From a virus (lineage: Duplodnaviria > Caudoviricetes), in IMG/VR virus record IMGVR_UViG_3300020414_000008, positions 116,770-180,769 of that record: DNA of 64,000 nt; one strand, given 5' to 3'. Positions 17,529-26,685 of this stretch are shown here, piece by piece. The position numbers and the translations under genes are program-made. Under the pieces are notes generated by a model. The model had not been told where the DNA came from and ran no database searches. It saw only the letters and a program-made list of their open reading frames with translations. Position 1 is the stretch's first letter. The number at the start of each line of letters is the position of its first letter.

Positions 17529-17819
17529 ATGAAAAAATATAACAAAAAGCAAAGAGGTGGTTACGTTAACCAATCTTTCGGAATTCCAAAAGACGTAGCG
17601 AAAAAGAATGATAAGAGGATGGGTAACTATTGGTCTTCTATCGACTTTCAAATGCACGAACAAAAACAAACTGAGTATCCAACAGGTCCATCTAAAATAG
17701 GATACTTACAAGTTGGTAATCATGACATCGAACTAACAATGGCAGAATGTAACAGGATAGCACATACGTTGGTAGAGGCGATTGATTTAGCAAAAAAGAA
17801 GTACAAACTTAATATGTAA
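17529..17819 (+). CDS. hypothetical protein
   Basis: Follows the TATTTAT motif at 17491. Confidence 0.6.
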   Translation: MKKYNKKQRGGYVNQSFGIPKDVAKKNDKRMGNYWSSIDFQMHEQKQTEYPTGPSKIGYLQVGNHDIELTMAECNRIAHTLVEAIDLAKKKYKLNM

Positions 17820-17822
17820 TTT

Positions 17823-18173
17823 GTGCCACCCAAGGGAATTTTCAACATATTTGATGAAGACGCATTAGAAAATAATACGGACTTAGAATTGTATCTAAAG
17901 AGTGTCCGTGATATTCTTGTGGAAAAAAAAGACCCGTATTATACTTTGTGTAAAAGTAAAATCAAAGAGTTGATTTCAGAACCCGATAAAATGGTTACAA
18001 AAGAATACAAAGAAAAAATGATTCCAAGACTAACAATGGTCAAGGATAATTTTGGTTCTGAGTATTTAAAAACATTGATTGAGATATTCTCAGAGGTTGT
18101 TCTTCACGATAAACGATTTATATCTAAACAAGGTTTATTATTCTTGAACAAGGTTTGGAAAGATAAGATTTAA
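17823..18173 (+). CDS. hypothetical protein
   Basis: Packed ORF. Confidence 0.6.
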   Translation: MPPKGIFNIFDEDALENNTDLELYLKSVRDILVEKKDPYYTLCKSKIKELISEPDKMVTKEYKEKMIPRLTMVKDNFGSEYLKTLIEIFSEVVLHDKRFISKQGLLFLNKVWKDKI

Positions 18174-18176
18174 GAT

Positions 18177-18527
18177 ATGTATAGTAAAGGAGATATCATG
18201 GAACATTGGGATGAAGCGGAATATAATTACTTCATGAGTTTAGATGATATGACTAAAGTATATTATCTACATGACTATCTCTATGGTGAGTTTGAAGAGG
18301 ATGTCTTTGAAGATGTTGACATTCCTGAACAAACTCCTGAACACAGACCGATACAGGTTTTAATAGACTCAGAGAATCTTACCGTTATTTGTGATAACCC
18401 AACACTACTCAAGAAGACAGTCGCATTATTTGTAATGGATGGATTTCTTTTAGAGAAACAGGTTGAAAGAGCAGACGCAGTAATTTACAAGATAATAGCA
18501 GTTGGGGACCCAATGTCAGTAAACTGA
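18177..18527 (+). CDS. hypothetical acidic protein
   Basis: Packed ORF. Confidence 0.6.
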   Translation: MYSKGDIMEHWDEAEYNYFMSLDDMTKVYYLHDYLYGEFEEDVFEDVDIPEQTPEHRPIQVLIDSENLTVICDNPTLLKKTVALFVMDGFLLEKQVERADAVIYKIIAVGDPMSVN

Positions 18528-18596
18528 CACATTGTCACATCAAATTAATTTAAAACTAACAAAATGTCATACATTTCCAATTGGTACAGATTTGGT
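18525..18596 (+). promoter_or_regulatory. sigma54-like promoter with TGACA-N3-TGTCA boxes upstream of hsp20
   Basis: TGACA-CAT-TGTCA 18525, TAACA-AAA-TGTCA 18557, TGGTACAGATTTGGT 18582 (compare TGGCACRNNNTTGCW). Confidence 0.55.
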
Positions 18597-18610
18597 ACTA
18601 ATAGTAGTAT

Positions 18611-18976
18611 ATGTTTAATAATTTAAAAAGGAAAAAAATGACATTAAGAAATTTTGATAAGATTTTCGACTCATACTTAGATTGGGATATGAGTGGTTAT
18701 GGTTCAGATACTACAGCACGAGTTGAAGACGATGTGTTGTTAATGGACTTCGAAGTGCCTGGATTGGGTAACAAAGACGTTCAGGTAAATGTAGAAGATA
18801 GAAATCTACACATTAAAGCAGAAAAAGACCATCGTAAGTTCGAAAGAAAGTACAGGGTTCATGATTCTTATGATTTGAATCAAACTTCTGCTGTTTGTAA
18901 AGATGGTATCTTAACAATCTCTATTCCTAAGTACGAGGATAGAAAGGCTAAAAGTATTACAGTAAAAGTTAAATAA
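18611..18976 (+). CDS. small heat-shock protein (Hsp20/alpha-crystallin)
   Basis: EVPGL, LHIKAE, FERKY, A..KDGILTISIPK, C-terminal ITV; real start may be 18638. Confidence 0.92.
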   Translation: MFNNLKRKKMTLRNFDKIFDSYLDWDMSGYGSDTTARVEDDVLLMDFEVPGLGNKDVQVNVEDRNLHIKAEKDHRKFERKYRVHDSYDLNQTSAVCKDGILTISIPKYEDRKAKSITVKVK

Positions 18977-18982
18977 AGTTAA

Positions 18983-19186
18983 ATGTTTTCTAACTCGTGG
19001 TTTAGGTACGAAAAACTTAATTACAACAACAAGTTATATTTAATCATACGGAAGATTGCGATTGACCGAAGACCAATAGTTAACGTTTGGAAAGAACACT
19101 TAAACTGTGACACTGTACTGAAGGGAAATGACGGTTTTTTCTATTTTCTCCAAGAAGTTTCGGATGTAGAGTGGAAAGAGGTATAG
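18983..19186 (+). CDS. hypothetical protein
   Basis: Packed ORF. Confidence 0.6.
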   Translation: MFSNSWFRYEKLNYNNKLYLIIRKIAIDRRPIVNVWKEHLNCDTVLKGNDGFFYFLQEVSDVEWKEV

Positions 19187-19191
19187 GAAAA

Positions 19192-19248
19192 TTTAACATA
19201 AATTTAACATTGGGGACTTGGAAAAGTCCCCTTTTTTTATTATCTTTA
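19192..19248 (+). promoter_or_regulatory. promoter with TTTAACA direct-repeat box
   Basis: Repeats 19192 and 19203, CTTGG 19217, TATCTTTA 19241. Confidence 0.65.
19212..19238 (+). terminator. rho-independent terminator
   Basis: GGGGACTT-GGAA-AAGTCCCC followed by T7. Confidence 0.8.
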
Positions 19249-19269
19249 TTATGTAATAATAATTAAGAT

Positions 19270-19392
19270 ATGGGATATTCAAAATCACTCTACCAAGCAA
19301 TTCACAAAGATACCTTAGTGAAGTATCTAATGAGTAGAGATAGAAAAATTAAATCACTACAAAAACAAATAGACGACTTAAAAACAAAGTAA
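19270..19392 (+). CDS. hypothetical peptide (40 aa)
   Basis: First ORF after the promoter; TAATG-coupled to the HAD gene. Confidence 0.5.
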   Translation: MGYSKSLYQAIHKDTLVKYLMSRDRKIKSLQKQIDDLKTK

Positions 19393-19850
19393 TGAGTAAA
19401 ATAGTAATTTTTGATTTAGATGGAACTTTGGCTGATATAGACCAAAGAAGAGCAGCCGCTATCAACATGGGTGGTGGTAAGATGGATTGGGATTTCTTTT
19501 TCGACCCAAAGAATGTAGCAATGGATGCTCCGAATATGTCTGTAATCACTACGGCACAAACATTCAAAAAACAAGGTTTCAAAATCTTTATATTTAGTGG
19601 TAGATTAGACAATAGTAAAGATGTTACTATTAATTGGTTAAAATATTGGAAAGTACCATTTGATAAACTTCAAATGAGACCTAATAATAAAAAAGATAAA
19701 TTCACACCCGATGATGTTCTAAAACAAAATTGGTTAAATGATTTAGATAAGAAAGATATCCTTTGTGTATTTGACGATAGACAAAAGGTAGTAGATATGT
19801 GGAGAGCTAATGGTATCTCTTGTTTTCAGGTTGCGCCTGGTAATTTTTAA
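19392..19850 (+). CDS. HAD phosphatase, T4 PseT (PNK) 3'-phosphatase-domain-like
   Basis: IFDLDGTLA, FSGR, LQMRP..D..LK, VFDDR..VVDMWR..G..CFQV. Confidence 0.85.
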   Translation: MSKIVIFDLDGTLADIDQRRAAAINMGGGKMDWDFFFDPKNVAMDAPNMSVITTAQTFKKQGFKIFIFSGRLDNSKDVTINWLKYWKVPFDKLQMRPNNKKDKFTPDDVLKQNWLNDLDKKDILCVFDDRQKVVDMWRANGISCFQVAPGNF

Positions 19851-19855
19851 ATAAT

Positions 19856-20104
19856 ATGAATCAGATTAAACACCCTTTAGATTGTTTCTATATAACTGAT
19901 AACAAAAATGGTTTGATACATGGTTGGGCAGATGGATATCATCAGTTCAATGCATTTAATAAATCAAACCCTCAAGTTAGTATTAGAAAAGGTCTTACAT
20001 GGTTAGATAAAAATTCAGACCTCTATGATAAGTTAAGAATGATAGTTCTATATAACTTAGGATGGAAGTACGATAATAAAAAACAATTATCGTTTGGATT
20101 TTAG
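19856..20104 (+). CDS. hypothetical protein
   Basis: Packed ORF. Confidence 0.55.
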   Translation: MNQIKHPLDCFYITDNKNGLIHGWADGYHQFNAFNKSNPQVSIRKGLTWLDKNSDLYDKLRMIVLYNLGWKYDNKKQLSFGF

Positions 20105-20124
20105 AAAAATATTTTGTATATTAG
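20093..20124 (+). promoter_or_regulatory. host-RNAP-type promoter
   Basis: TTTGG-N19-TATATTAG. Confidence 0.65.
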
Positions 20125-20145
20125 TAATAGATTAAATAGTAAAAA

Positions 20146-21075
20146 ATGACAAACTTAGGTTACGCATGTATTAACATGACATTGGGTTCTCAGAAACCCA
20201 AGGTTACCACAAACCGTGGTATGATTAAACGAACCTTCCTTAGTGAAGGTGTAAAGTATTCTTCAGAACTTGCTCTACAGAATACACGAGACTTGATTGA
20301 GGTTATCAAGTGGAATCACAAAAACGGATTCAAATTGTTTCGTATGACTTCCAACCTCATCCCTTGGTCATCGGAGTTCCCACTCAGTTCAATGCCTGAC
20401 TATCGTAAAATTTCTATTCTACTGAATGGTGCAGGTAATCTTGCTGATAAGTATGGACAACGTATAACGTCACATCCTGGCCCTTTCAATGTTCTTGTAT
20501 CACCAAACGAGAAAGTCGTTCAGAACACGATTACGGACCTTTCTATACACGGTGAGATATTTGACTTGATGGGTCTTAGTAGAACTCCTTACAACAAAAT
20601 CAATATTCACTGTAATGGTGTCTATGGTGACAAACAATCTGCGATGGATAGATTCTGTAAGAACTTTGAGAAGTTACCCGAGTCTGTACAAACTCGATTG
20701 ACTGTAGAAAACGATGACAAAGCAAGTATGTATTCAGTAAAAGACTTAATGTATATACACGAAAGAATTGGTATTCCTATTGTGTTCGATTATCATCACC
20801 ATACATTCAATACAGGTGGTCTGACCGAACAAGAAGCATTAGAACTTGCTATGTCTACTTGGGGTGATATCAAACCTATTGTACATTACTCTGAGTCAAG
20901 AACTCTTGAAGATGAGACTGCAAAACCACAAGCTCACTCTGATTTTATATATTCTGAAATCAACACATATGGTCACGACCTTGATATTGTTGTTGAAGCT
21001 AAGAAAAAAGAACTAACTGTTCAGAAATATCTTTCCATTTATGGTAGACACGGAAAGGGCATAGTTGGGGGATAG
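20146..21075 (+). CDS. uvsE: UV DNA damage endonuclease (UvsE/UvdE)
   Basis: LGYACIN, RITSHPGPF, INIH, RLTVENDD, VFDYHHH, HYSESR, AHSD, EAKKKE. Confidence 0.95.
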   Translation: MTNLGYACINMTLGSQKPKVTTNRGMIKRTFLSEGVKYSSELALQNTRDLIEVIKWNHKNGFKLFRMTSNLIPWSSEFPLSSMPDYRKISILLNGAGNLADKYGQRITSHPGPFNVLVSPNEKVVQNTITDLSIHGEIFDLMGLSRTPYNKINIHCNGVYGDKQSAMDRFCKNFEKLPESVQTRLTVENDDKASMYSVKDLMYIHERIGIPIVFDYHHHTFNTGGLTEQEALELAMSTWGDIKPIVHYSESRTLEDETAKPQAHSDFIYSEINTYGHDLDIVVEAKKKELTVQKYLSIYGRHGKGIVGG

Positions 21076-21078
21076 CTT

Positions 21079-21209
21079 GGTTTTATTTATTTAATTAATT
21101 TTCTTATTGATATTTATACTACAGAATAACACTAAGTTAACTAAGCTTTTAAGTATACTTAAGCACTTGGTGTTTTAGTATAAGTACAATTTTAAAAGTT
21201 AATAAAACC
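21079..21209. repeat. AT-rich nested inverted-repeat intergenic element
   Basis: GGTTTTATT/AATAAAACC, TATACTA/TAGTATA and AACACTAAGT/ACTTGGTGTT arms around the palindrome TTAAGTATACTTAA (21149-21162). Confidence 0.6.
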
Positions 21210-21226
21210 AATTTTTAGGAAAAAAA

Positions 21227-22384
21227 ATGAAAAATATTTTTAACAGGTCAAATGGTTTTATCTTATTGATGATTTTAAGTACCTTCTCGGTAGCAGGTGC
21301 AGCAGCATATTATTCAGTATTTGGATTAAGTTCTTTATTCGCAGGTGCAAAGTTTGAAGTCATCATTATGGCAGCAGCATTAGAAGTCGCAAAACTTGTG
21401 ACTGCTTCATACCTACATAACAATTGGAAAAACGCAGGTTGGATGAAATGGTATCTATCACTTGCTGTTGTTGTACTAATGGTGATTACATCATTAGGTA
21501 TCTACGGATTCTTAACATCAGCATACCAAACAACTGCAGACCAATTAGGAGTTATGGAAAAGAAAGTGAATGTTATTGAGTTGAAGAAAGATAGATTTCA
21601 AGAACAACTTGATTATTTCAATACTGAAAAAAGTAACCTAACAGCATCTATTGTTGATTTGAGAAATGGTATCTCTAATAACAAGATACAGTATACAGAT
21701 ACTTTAGGTAGAATAATTACAACTCAATCATCCTCAACAAGAAAATTATTAACAAGAGAGTTAGAGACTGCCGTTCAATCAAGGTCAGAGATAAACATCA
21801 AGATAGAACAATTAACAGACTCAATAACAAAACTTGATTTACAAGTATTAGACTTGGAATCTAACAATGAAGTTGCAGCAGAAATAGGACCATTGAGATA
21901 TATGGCAGAACTAACAGGTAAACCTATGAATATAATTGTAAATTGGTTTACACTGTTGATAGTATTTGTATTTGACCCATTAGCAATTGCGATGGTCATT
22001 GCATTAAATAAATTAATTGGAAGGAATAAGAATGGAAACCACGGAGATAATGATGTTGATAGCAACGATACTGATAGCATCGATGATAGGGATATCAATA
22101 ATAGCACTCCTGTTTTGTCTGAGAACGATGGGGACGAGGTATCTCAACACGAAGAACCATTGGGAACAAGTGGAGAGGAAGAACAAGAGAAAGAAGTGGA
22201 AGAAGTTTTGGAAGTCCCACAAGACAAAGAAGAAGACAGGGTAAGAGGGTTTAAATTACCTGATGAGGCGAGAGGATTTACACCACCTGAAGAAAATAAA
22301 AGAATTCTTTATGGTGAAGAACAGGTAGCTAAAGAACCTAAACCTAAACCAATACCCAAACACGTTTACGGAAGAAAAATATAA
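21227..22384 (+). CDS. multi-TM membrane protein with coiled coil and acidic tail
   Basis: Three N-terminal TM segments, long heptad region, EIGPLRY, IVFVFDPLAI TM. Confidence 0.75.
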   Translation: MKNIFNRSNGFILLMILSTFSVAGAAAYYSVFGLSSLFAGAKFEVIIMAAALEVAKLVTASYLHNNWKNAGWMKWYLSLAVVVLMVITSLGIYGFLTSAYQTTADQLGVMEKKVNVIELKKDRFQEQLDYFNTEKSNLTASIVDLRNGISNNKIQYTDTLGRIITTQSSSTRKLLTRELETAVQSRSEINIKIEQLTDSITKLDLQVLDLESNNEVAAEIGPLRYMAELTGKPMNIIVNWFTLLIVFVFDPLAIAMVIALNKLIGRNKNGNHGDNDVDSNDTDSIDDRDINNSTPVLSENDGDEVSQHEEPLGTSGEEEQEKEVEEVLEVPQDKEEDRVRGFKLPDEARGFTPPEENKRILYGEEQVAKEPKPKPIPKHVYGRKI

Positions 22385-22397
22385 ACTCAACAAAACA

Positions 22398-22429
22398 TTT
22401 GGTAATTACAAAAATTATTTGTATATTAG
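22398..22429 (+). promoter_or_regulatory. host-RNAP-type promoter
   Basis: TTTGG-N19-TATATTAG. Confidence 0.65.
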
Positions 22430-22448
22430 TAACAAATTAAATTAAACT

Positions 22449-23105
22449 ATGAGTGAAACACTATACGGCGAAGAGTTTAACGAAGAAAACTTAGATAACG
22501 AGTTAGACAAAGCAGAGAGAGTACAGAAGTCAGAATCAACGGAGAACGATTTGGATAGAAAATACTTCAGACAGTTTGATTATGGTATTGACACTAAAGA
22601 TAACGTGATTATCATTGAAGGTGAAATACAATCAGGACTTACATTTGATATTATAGCTAAAACGAGATTACTAAACAATTTAGCAGGAGAAGACATTAAG
22701 ACATTTAATATCTTATTGAATTCGCCAGGTGGTGATGTTATAGAAACACTTGGGTTAATCGATTTTATGAAATCTCAAGAAAAGTATGGTGTCAAGTTTA
22801 ATGTAATAGTAAGAGGTGGAGCAATGTCAGCAGCAGCACTCTTGTTGACTTGTGCTACAGGAACCCGAATGGTTTCTAAACACTCTAAGATTATGGTACA
22901 CCAATTGTCTACAATAGTAGTAGGTAAGTTGAGTGATGTTAAATCTAACGCTAAATTTAGTGAGGAGTTAGAAAAAGAGTGTAACGTGTTGATGGCAGAA
23001 CACAGTAAGAAGGACCAAGAGTATTGGGAAAATATTTCTTCAACAGATTACTTCATGTCTTCTGACAAAGCACTTGAATTAGGAATAATAGATAAAATAA
23101 TATAA
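22449..23105 (+). CDS. clpP: ClpP-family serine protease
   Basis: LNSPGGDV, AMSAA (Ser), IMVHQ (His), DYFMS..ALELGIID (Asp). Confidence 0.88.
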   Translation: MSETLYGEEFNEENLDNELDKAERVQKSESTENDLDRKYFRQFDYGIDTKDNVIIIEGEIQSGLTFDIIAKTRLLNNLAGEDIKTFNILLNSPGGDVIETLGLIDFMKSQEKYGVKFNVIVRGGAMSAAALLLTCATGTRMVSKHSKIMVHQLSTIVVGKLSDVKSNAKFSEELEKECNVLMAEHSKKDQEYWENISSTDYFMSSDKALELGIIDKII

Positions 23106-23106
23106 A

Positions 23107-23889
23107 ATGACAAATTTCTTTACAGCAGAGGAACTTAAAAGTAATTATGAAAAGTTCCGAAAACTAATCAACAAATCCTTTACAGGTGAGAGATTAGAAA
23201 AACTAAACAAAATGTATGACCACTTTGAAGATAGAATTATCTACACACCTGCGTCATCATTTGAACACTTCCACAATTCATTTCCTGGCGGATACATCGA
23301 CCATGTACTTAGAGTGACAAGAAACGCACTTAAGTTATATGATATGTATTTGGAATTAGGTATGATAGAGGAAGGTGAGATATCTAAAGAATCCGTAATC
23401 TTTTCAGCTATACATCACGACTTAGGTAAGTTGGGTTCTGTTGACGCAGACCACTATCTAAAAAATGATTCAGAATGGCATAGAAAGAATCAAGGTAAAA
23501 TGTATAAGTTAAATCCAAGTAACCATTATATGGATACACACGATAGAACTTTCTTTCACCTTATACACTTTGGAATTAAATTAACTGAAGAGGAATTCTT
23601 AGGTATTAGATTAACAGATGGGGTTTATGATGAATCAAGTAGAGAATACTTGAGACAGTTTAATAAAGACAAAGTTTTGAAAACAATGTTACCACATATC
23701 TTACATCAAGCAGATATGATGGCATCTAAGTTTGAATTCCAAAGATGGAAAAAAAGTTCTGACAAATCAAAAGGAACTCGTAATCCAAATGGAAGACCGT
23801 CAACCCAATCTAAGTTAAGTAACGCATTCACAAGTACAGAAAATAAAGTAAATGTATTTGACGCGTTTAAAGATATAGTAGAAGATTAA
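23107..23889 (+). CDS. HD-domain phosphohydrolase (YhaM-like)
   Basis: PAS..H..GGYIDH, IHHDLGK, LHQADM. Confidence 0.85.
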   Translation: MTNFFTAEELKSNYEKFRKLINKSFTGERLEKLNKMYDHFEDRIIYTPASSFEHFHNSFPGGYIDHVLRVTRNALKLYDMYLELGMIEEGEISKESVIFSAIHHDLGKLGSVDADHYLKNDSEWHRKNQGKMYKLNPSNHYMDTHDRTFFHLIHFGIKLTEEEFLGIRLTDGVYDESSREYLRQFNKDKVLKTMLPHILHQADMMASKFEFQRWKKSSDKSKGTRNPNGRPSTQSKLSNAFTSTENKVNVFDAFKDIVED

Positions 23890-23897
23890 TAAACATT

Positions 23898-24191
23898 ATG
23901 ACAGAAATAATAGTAATCAGTGTACTATCATTATCAACCGTTGTATTAGGATTTACAACTTGGAACCTTCTTAGAAAGAATGAAGCGACTGAGGATGTGA
24001 TTGAAGAACAGGAAGAGATGATAGCAAACATAGCAGGTAGAATTGATGATTCTATGCAAAAAATGAAAGAGTTAGATACGAAAGGTGCGTTTGAAGCAGA
24101 CGATGAGACAGGAACAGTATTTAAACAATTATACGAAGTCATTGAAAAATTAGAAACGTATTATGCCGAGGAAACGAAGGAAGAGGAGTAA
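23898..24191 (+). CDS. single-TM coiled-coil protein
   Basis: N-terminal TM; D.KGAFEADDE.G..F motif. Confidence 0.7.
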   Translation: MTEIIVISVLSLSTVVLGFTTWNLLRKNEATEDVIEEQEEMIANIAGRIDDSMQKMKELDTKGAFEADDETGTVFKQLYEVIEKLETYYAEETKEEE

Positions 24192-24882
24192 AAGATATTT
24201 TACAAAGATAACAGAAATCGCAATAAACGCGTATAATAATTCTGATGATGACAAGTTAAAGAATAAAATCTATAACAGGTTTATTCATTATCCATTTGAT
24301 AAACTATCTGAAAATGTAATTCACACATACAAGACTTACTACTTTGACGTACCATATGATGACGTGAAAGCAAATGTAGTCGCGTTTCTAAATCAGAAGA
24401 TAGATAAGTTCAATGGAACAAATGGTAGAGCATTCTCATACTTTACAGTTGTAGCTAGAAACTACTTGTTTAATGAGAATAATCAGAACTACCAAAGAAT
24501 GAAACAAAAGACTGAGGTAAAGTACATTGACACTTCAAGAAATATAACAAACGAAGTATATGAACAAAACCTAAAAGACAGTATGTCTGATTTCTTTGAC
24601 TTCTATGTTAGATATATTGACGCAAATCTATATAAGATGTTTGATAAACCAAGAGACCAAAAGATTGCTGATTCAATAAACGAATTATTTAGAACACGAA
24701 GAGACCTGTATTCTTACAACAAAAAGGCACTTTACATACTTATTAGAGAGAGGACAGGAGTCCAAACTCAATATATAACAAAAGTAATTGGAAAACTAAA
24801 ATTAGTATACAAGGAACTATACATTGATTATCTGAACGTAGGAAACCTCAGACTCAATCATAGAATAGAGGAGTTTATCTAA
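24163..24882 (+). CDS. T4 gp55-like late sigma factor
   Basis: Region-2-like IDKFN..RAFSYFTVVARNY (compare gp55-family NPFAYFTQ); precedes the structural genes. Confidence 0.6.
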   Translation: MPRKRRKRSKRYFTKITEIAINAYNNSDDDKLKNKIYNRFIHYPFDKLSENVIHTYKTYYFDVPYDDVKANVVAFLNQKIDKFNGTNGRAFSYFTVVARNYLFNENNQNYQRMKQKTEVKYIDTSRNITNEVYEQNLKDSMSDFFDFYVRYIDANLYKMFDKPRDQKIADSINELFRTRRDLYSYNKKALYILIRERTGVQTQYITKVIGKLKLVYKELYIDYLNVGNLRLNHRIEEFI

Positions 24883-25241
24883 TGAACATAGAAGACGAAA
24901 TTTTTAAAGGAAGGTCATTTCAAGATTTGATGTCAGACATTTATTCAAATCAAAAAAAGAAAGACCGACAAATAAAACTACTGATTGCACAACTTGAACC
25001 AATGGTCAAGAACCTAAATGATGCTTCAGTAGTTGTTCCTTTAATAAAAGAATATCTTGAGATATCTGTAAAGAACGATGACGCATTAATTAAGTTAGCA
25101 GCAATCGTACAGAGATTAATGAAAGATAACAACAACGAAGGTGGTGGTCTATTATTAAGTGACGAAGAGAAAAGACAACTAATGGATGCCATAGACGAGG
25201 TAGAAAAGGACCTACCTGTCAAAGGAGACGAAGATGAGTAA
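24882..25241 (+). CDS. hypothetical helical protein
   Basis: PLIKEYLEISVKNDDALIKLA..LSDEEK. Confidence 0.65.
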   Translation: MNIEDEIFKGRSFQDLMSDIYSNQKKKDRQIKLLIAQLEPMVKNLNDASVVVPLIKEYLEISVKNDDALIKLAAIVQRLMKDNNNEGGGLLLSDEEKRQLMDAIDEVEKDLPVKGDEDE

Positions 25242-26196
25242 TCTTTATGGACTTGTAACAAAGATAGAGTTAGTAGATAGTGATGGTGATAACCTACATG
25301 GAATAGAAGTAGCGATAAAAACCTCTACAGGGTCTTCACTAACTACAGAAATCGTATATCCACTTGACGTAAATATCAAAAGAGTTCCCGTAGTAGGTGA
25401 ACTTGTTTACTTAGTAAAAGGAAAAAGTTCTGATAGCAAAACGAGTGGTGGTGGAAGACGATATTTTTATGTTACAAGTAATTCACTACAACACAATATA
25501 AACCACAATGTACTACCAAAGTCAATAACCGCATCAAAAGGTAAAGGTGGGTCAAGTGGTTACGATGAAGCAGCAGCAGGTAATCCTGAATCCAATAACG
25601 AAAAAGATTTTGAATTTGAAGCAGGTTTTGATGAAGTAAAAGACTTATCAGGACTTCAACCATTTAGTGGTGACGTTTTGATAGAAGGTAGATATGGTCA
25701 ATCAATAAGACTTGGTCACACACCGTCAGGAGCAGGTACATCAAAAGACCCAAGTTGGAGTGGTGACCCAACTAAACCAATAACAATAATTAGAAACCAT
25801 CAAGAAGAAGGTGGTTGGAATAAATTTGTTATTGAAGATGTTGATAAAGATGATTCGTCAATTTATTTAACATCGGGACAGACTGTAAAATTATCAACAC
25901 CAAATTCTTTACCACCAATATCTGCGACAAGTGGATATAGTGATAAAGGTATCTTCATGAACTCGGGTAGAATTCATTTGAACGCAAGAGACGAATCAAT
26001 TATACTATCGTCTAAAGATAATCTTGCTATTAGTACAAGTGGATATAAGTTATTACTAAATGAGTATTTAGATGACTTATTAGAGATACTAAAAATAATA
26101 GCAGACGGAAAGTATCCAACACCCGTTGGTCCTACAGGTCCATTAGCACCTGCAGTATCTAAAGTGGCAGCACTTAAAGCTAAGATTAGTCAATAG
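25234..26196 (+). CDS. baseplate hub/spike-associated protein (gp5/gpV-like)
   Basis: OB-type P..GELV, GDVLIEGRYGQSIRLG, beta-repeat C-terminal part; position before gp25/gp6. Confidence 0.55.
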   Translation: MSNLYGLVTKIELVDSDGDNLHGIEVAIKTSTGSSLTTEIVYPLDVNIKRVPVVGELVYLVKGKSSDSKTSGGGRRYFYVTSNSLQHNINHNVLPKSITASKGKGGSSGYDEAAAGNPESNNEKDFEFEAGFDEVKDLSGLQPFSGDVLIEGRYGQSIRLGHTPSGAGTSKDPSWSGDPTKPITIIRNHQEEGGWNKFVIEDVDKDDSSIYLTSGQTVKLSTPNSLPPISATSGYSDKGIFMNSGRIHLNARDESIILSSKDNLAISTSGYKLLLNEYLDDLLEILKIIADGKYPTPVGPTGPLAPAVSKVAALKAKISQ

Positions 26197-26205
26197 GAAG
26201 TTACA

Positions 26206-26685
26206 ATGCCTTTAATAAAAGCAAATTTAAAAAACGATATCTTAAATTATTTTAATGCGGTAGATGATGGAACCACATATGAATCCGCAGCAGAAACAAT
26301 AGGTGAGGCAATTATTTCCTATTCTAATCCAATAATATATGCAGTCAATGGTAAACCACCAATGGACCAATCATTTAAAGCAAATCTTGCTACGAGTGCA
26401 ATACCAAGTGCACCAAACGGTAAACTTATGTTAATGTTTGCAGATTGGTTAGCAGCGTATACTGCTCAATTTCCCGCGGGAATGATAGCGGCGGGAGCAA
26501 CAGCAGCAACTCCACCAGCAGGATTAGGAGCGTTAAAGATAACATTATTAACTATTTGGGGTACCCCCGTGTCCCCCATATATCAATCAAGACAAATATT
26601 TGCGACTAAGTTTTCAAATGCTGTTGACGTGTATATGAGAACAGGAACATACACAATTGGTACAACAGTTTCACCTTGGTCGTAA
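26206..26685 (+). CDS. hypothetical virion protein
   Basis: A/P-rich; within the baseplate block. Confidence 0.6.
   Translation: MPLIKANLKNDILNYFNAVDDGTTYESAAETIGEAIISYSNPIIYAVNGKPPMDQSFKANLATSAIPSAPNGKLMLMFADWLAAYTAQFPAGMIAAGATAATPPAGLGALKITLLTIWGTPVSPIYQSRQIFATKFSNAVDVYMRTGTYTIGTTVSPWS

Noticed and set aside
22449-23105. ClpP as the protease for the ES(V/L)NE motifs
   Set aside because: It has a host-type promoter and is not beside capsid genes; cleavage after Glu fits a gp21-type protease, which is not in this window.
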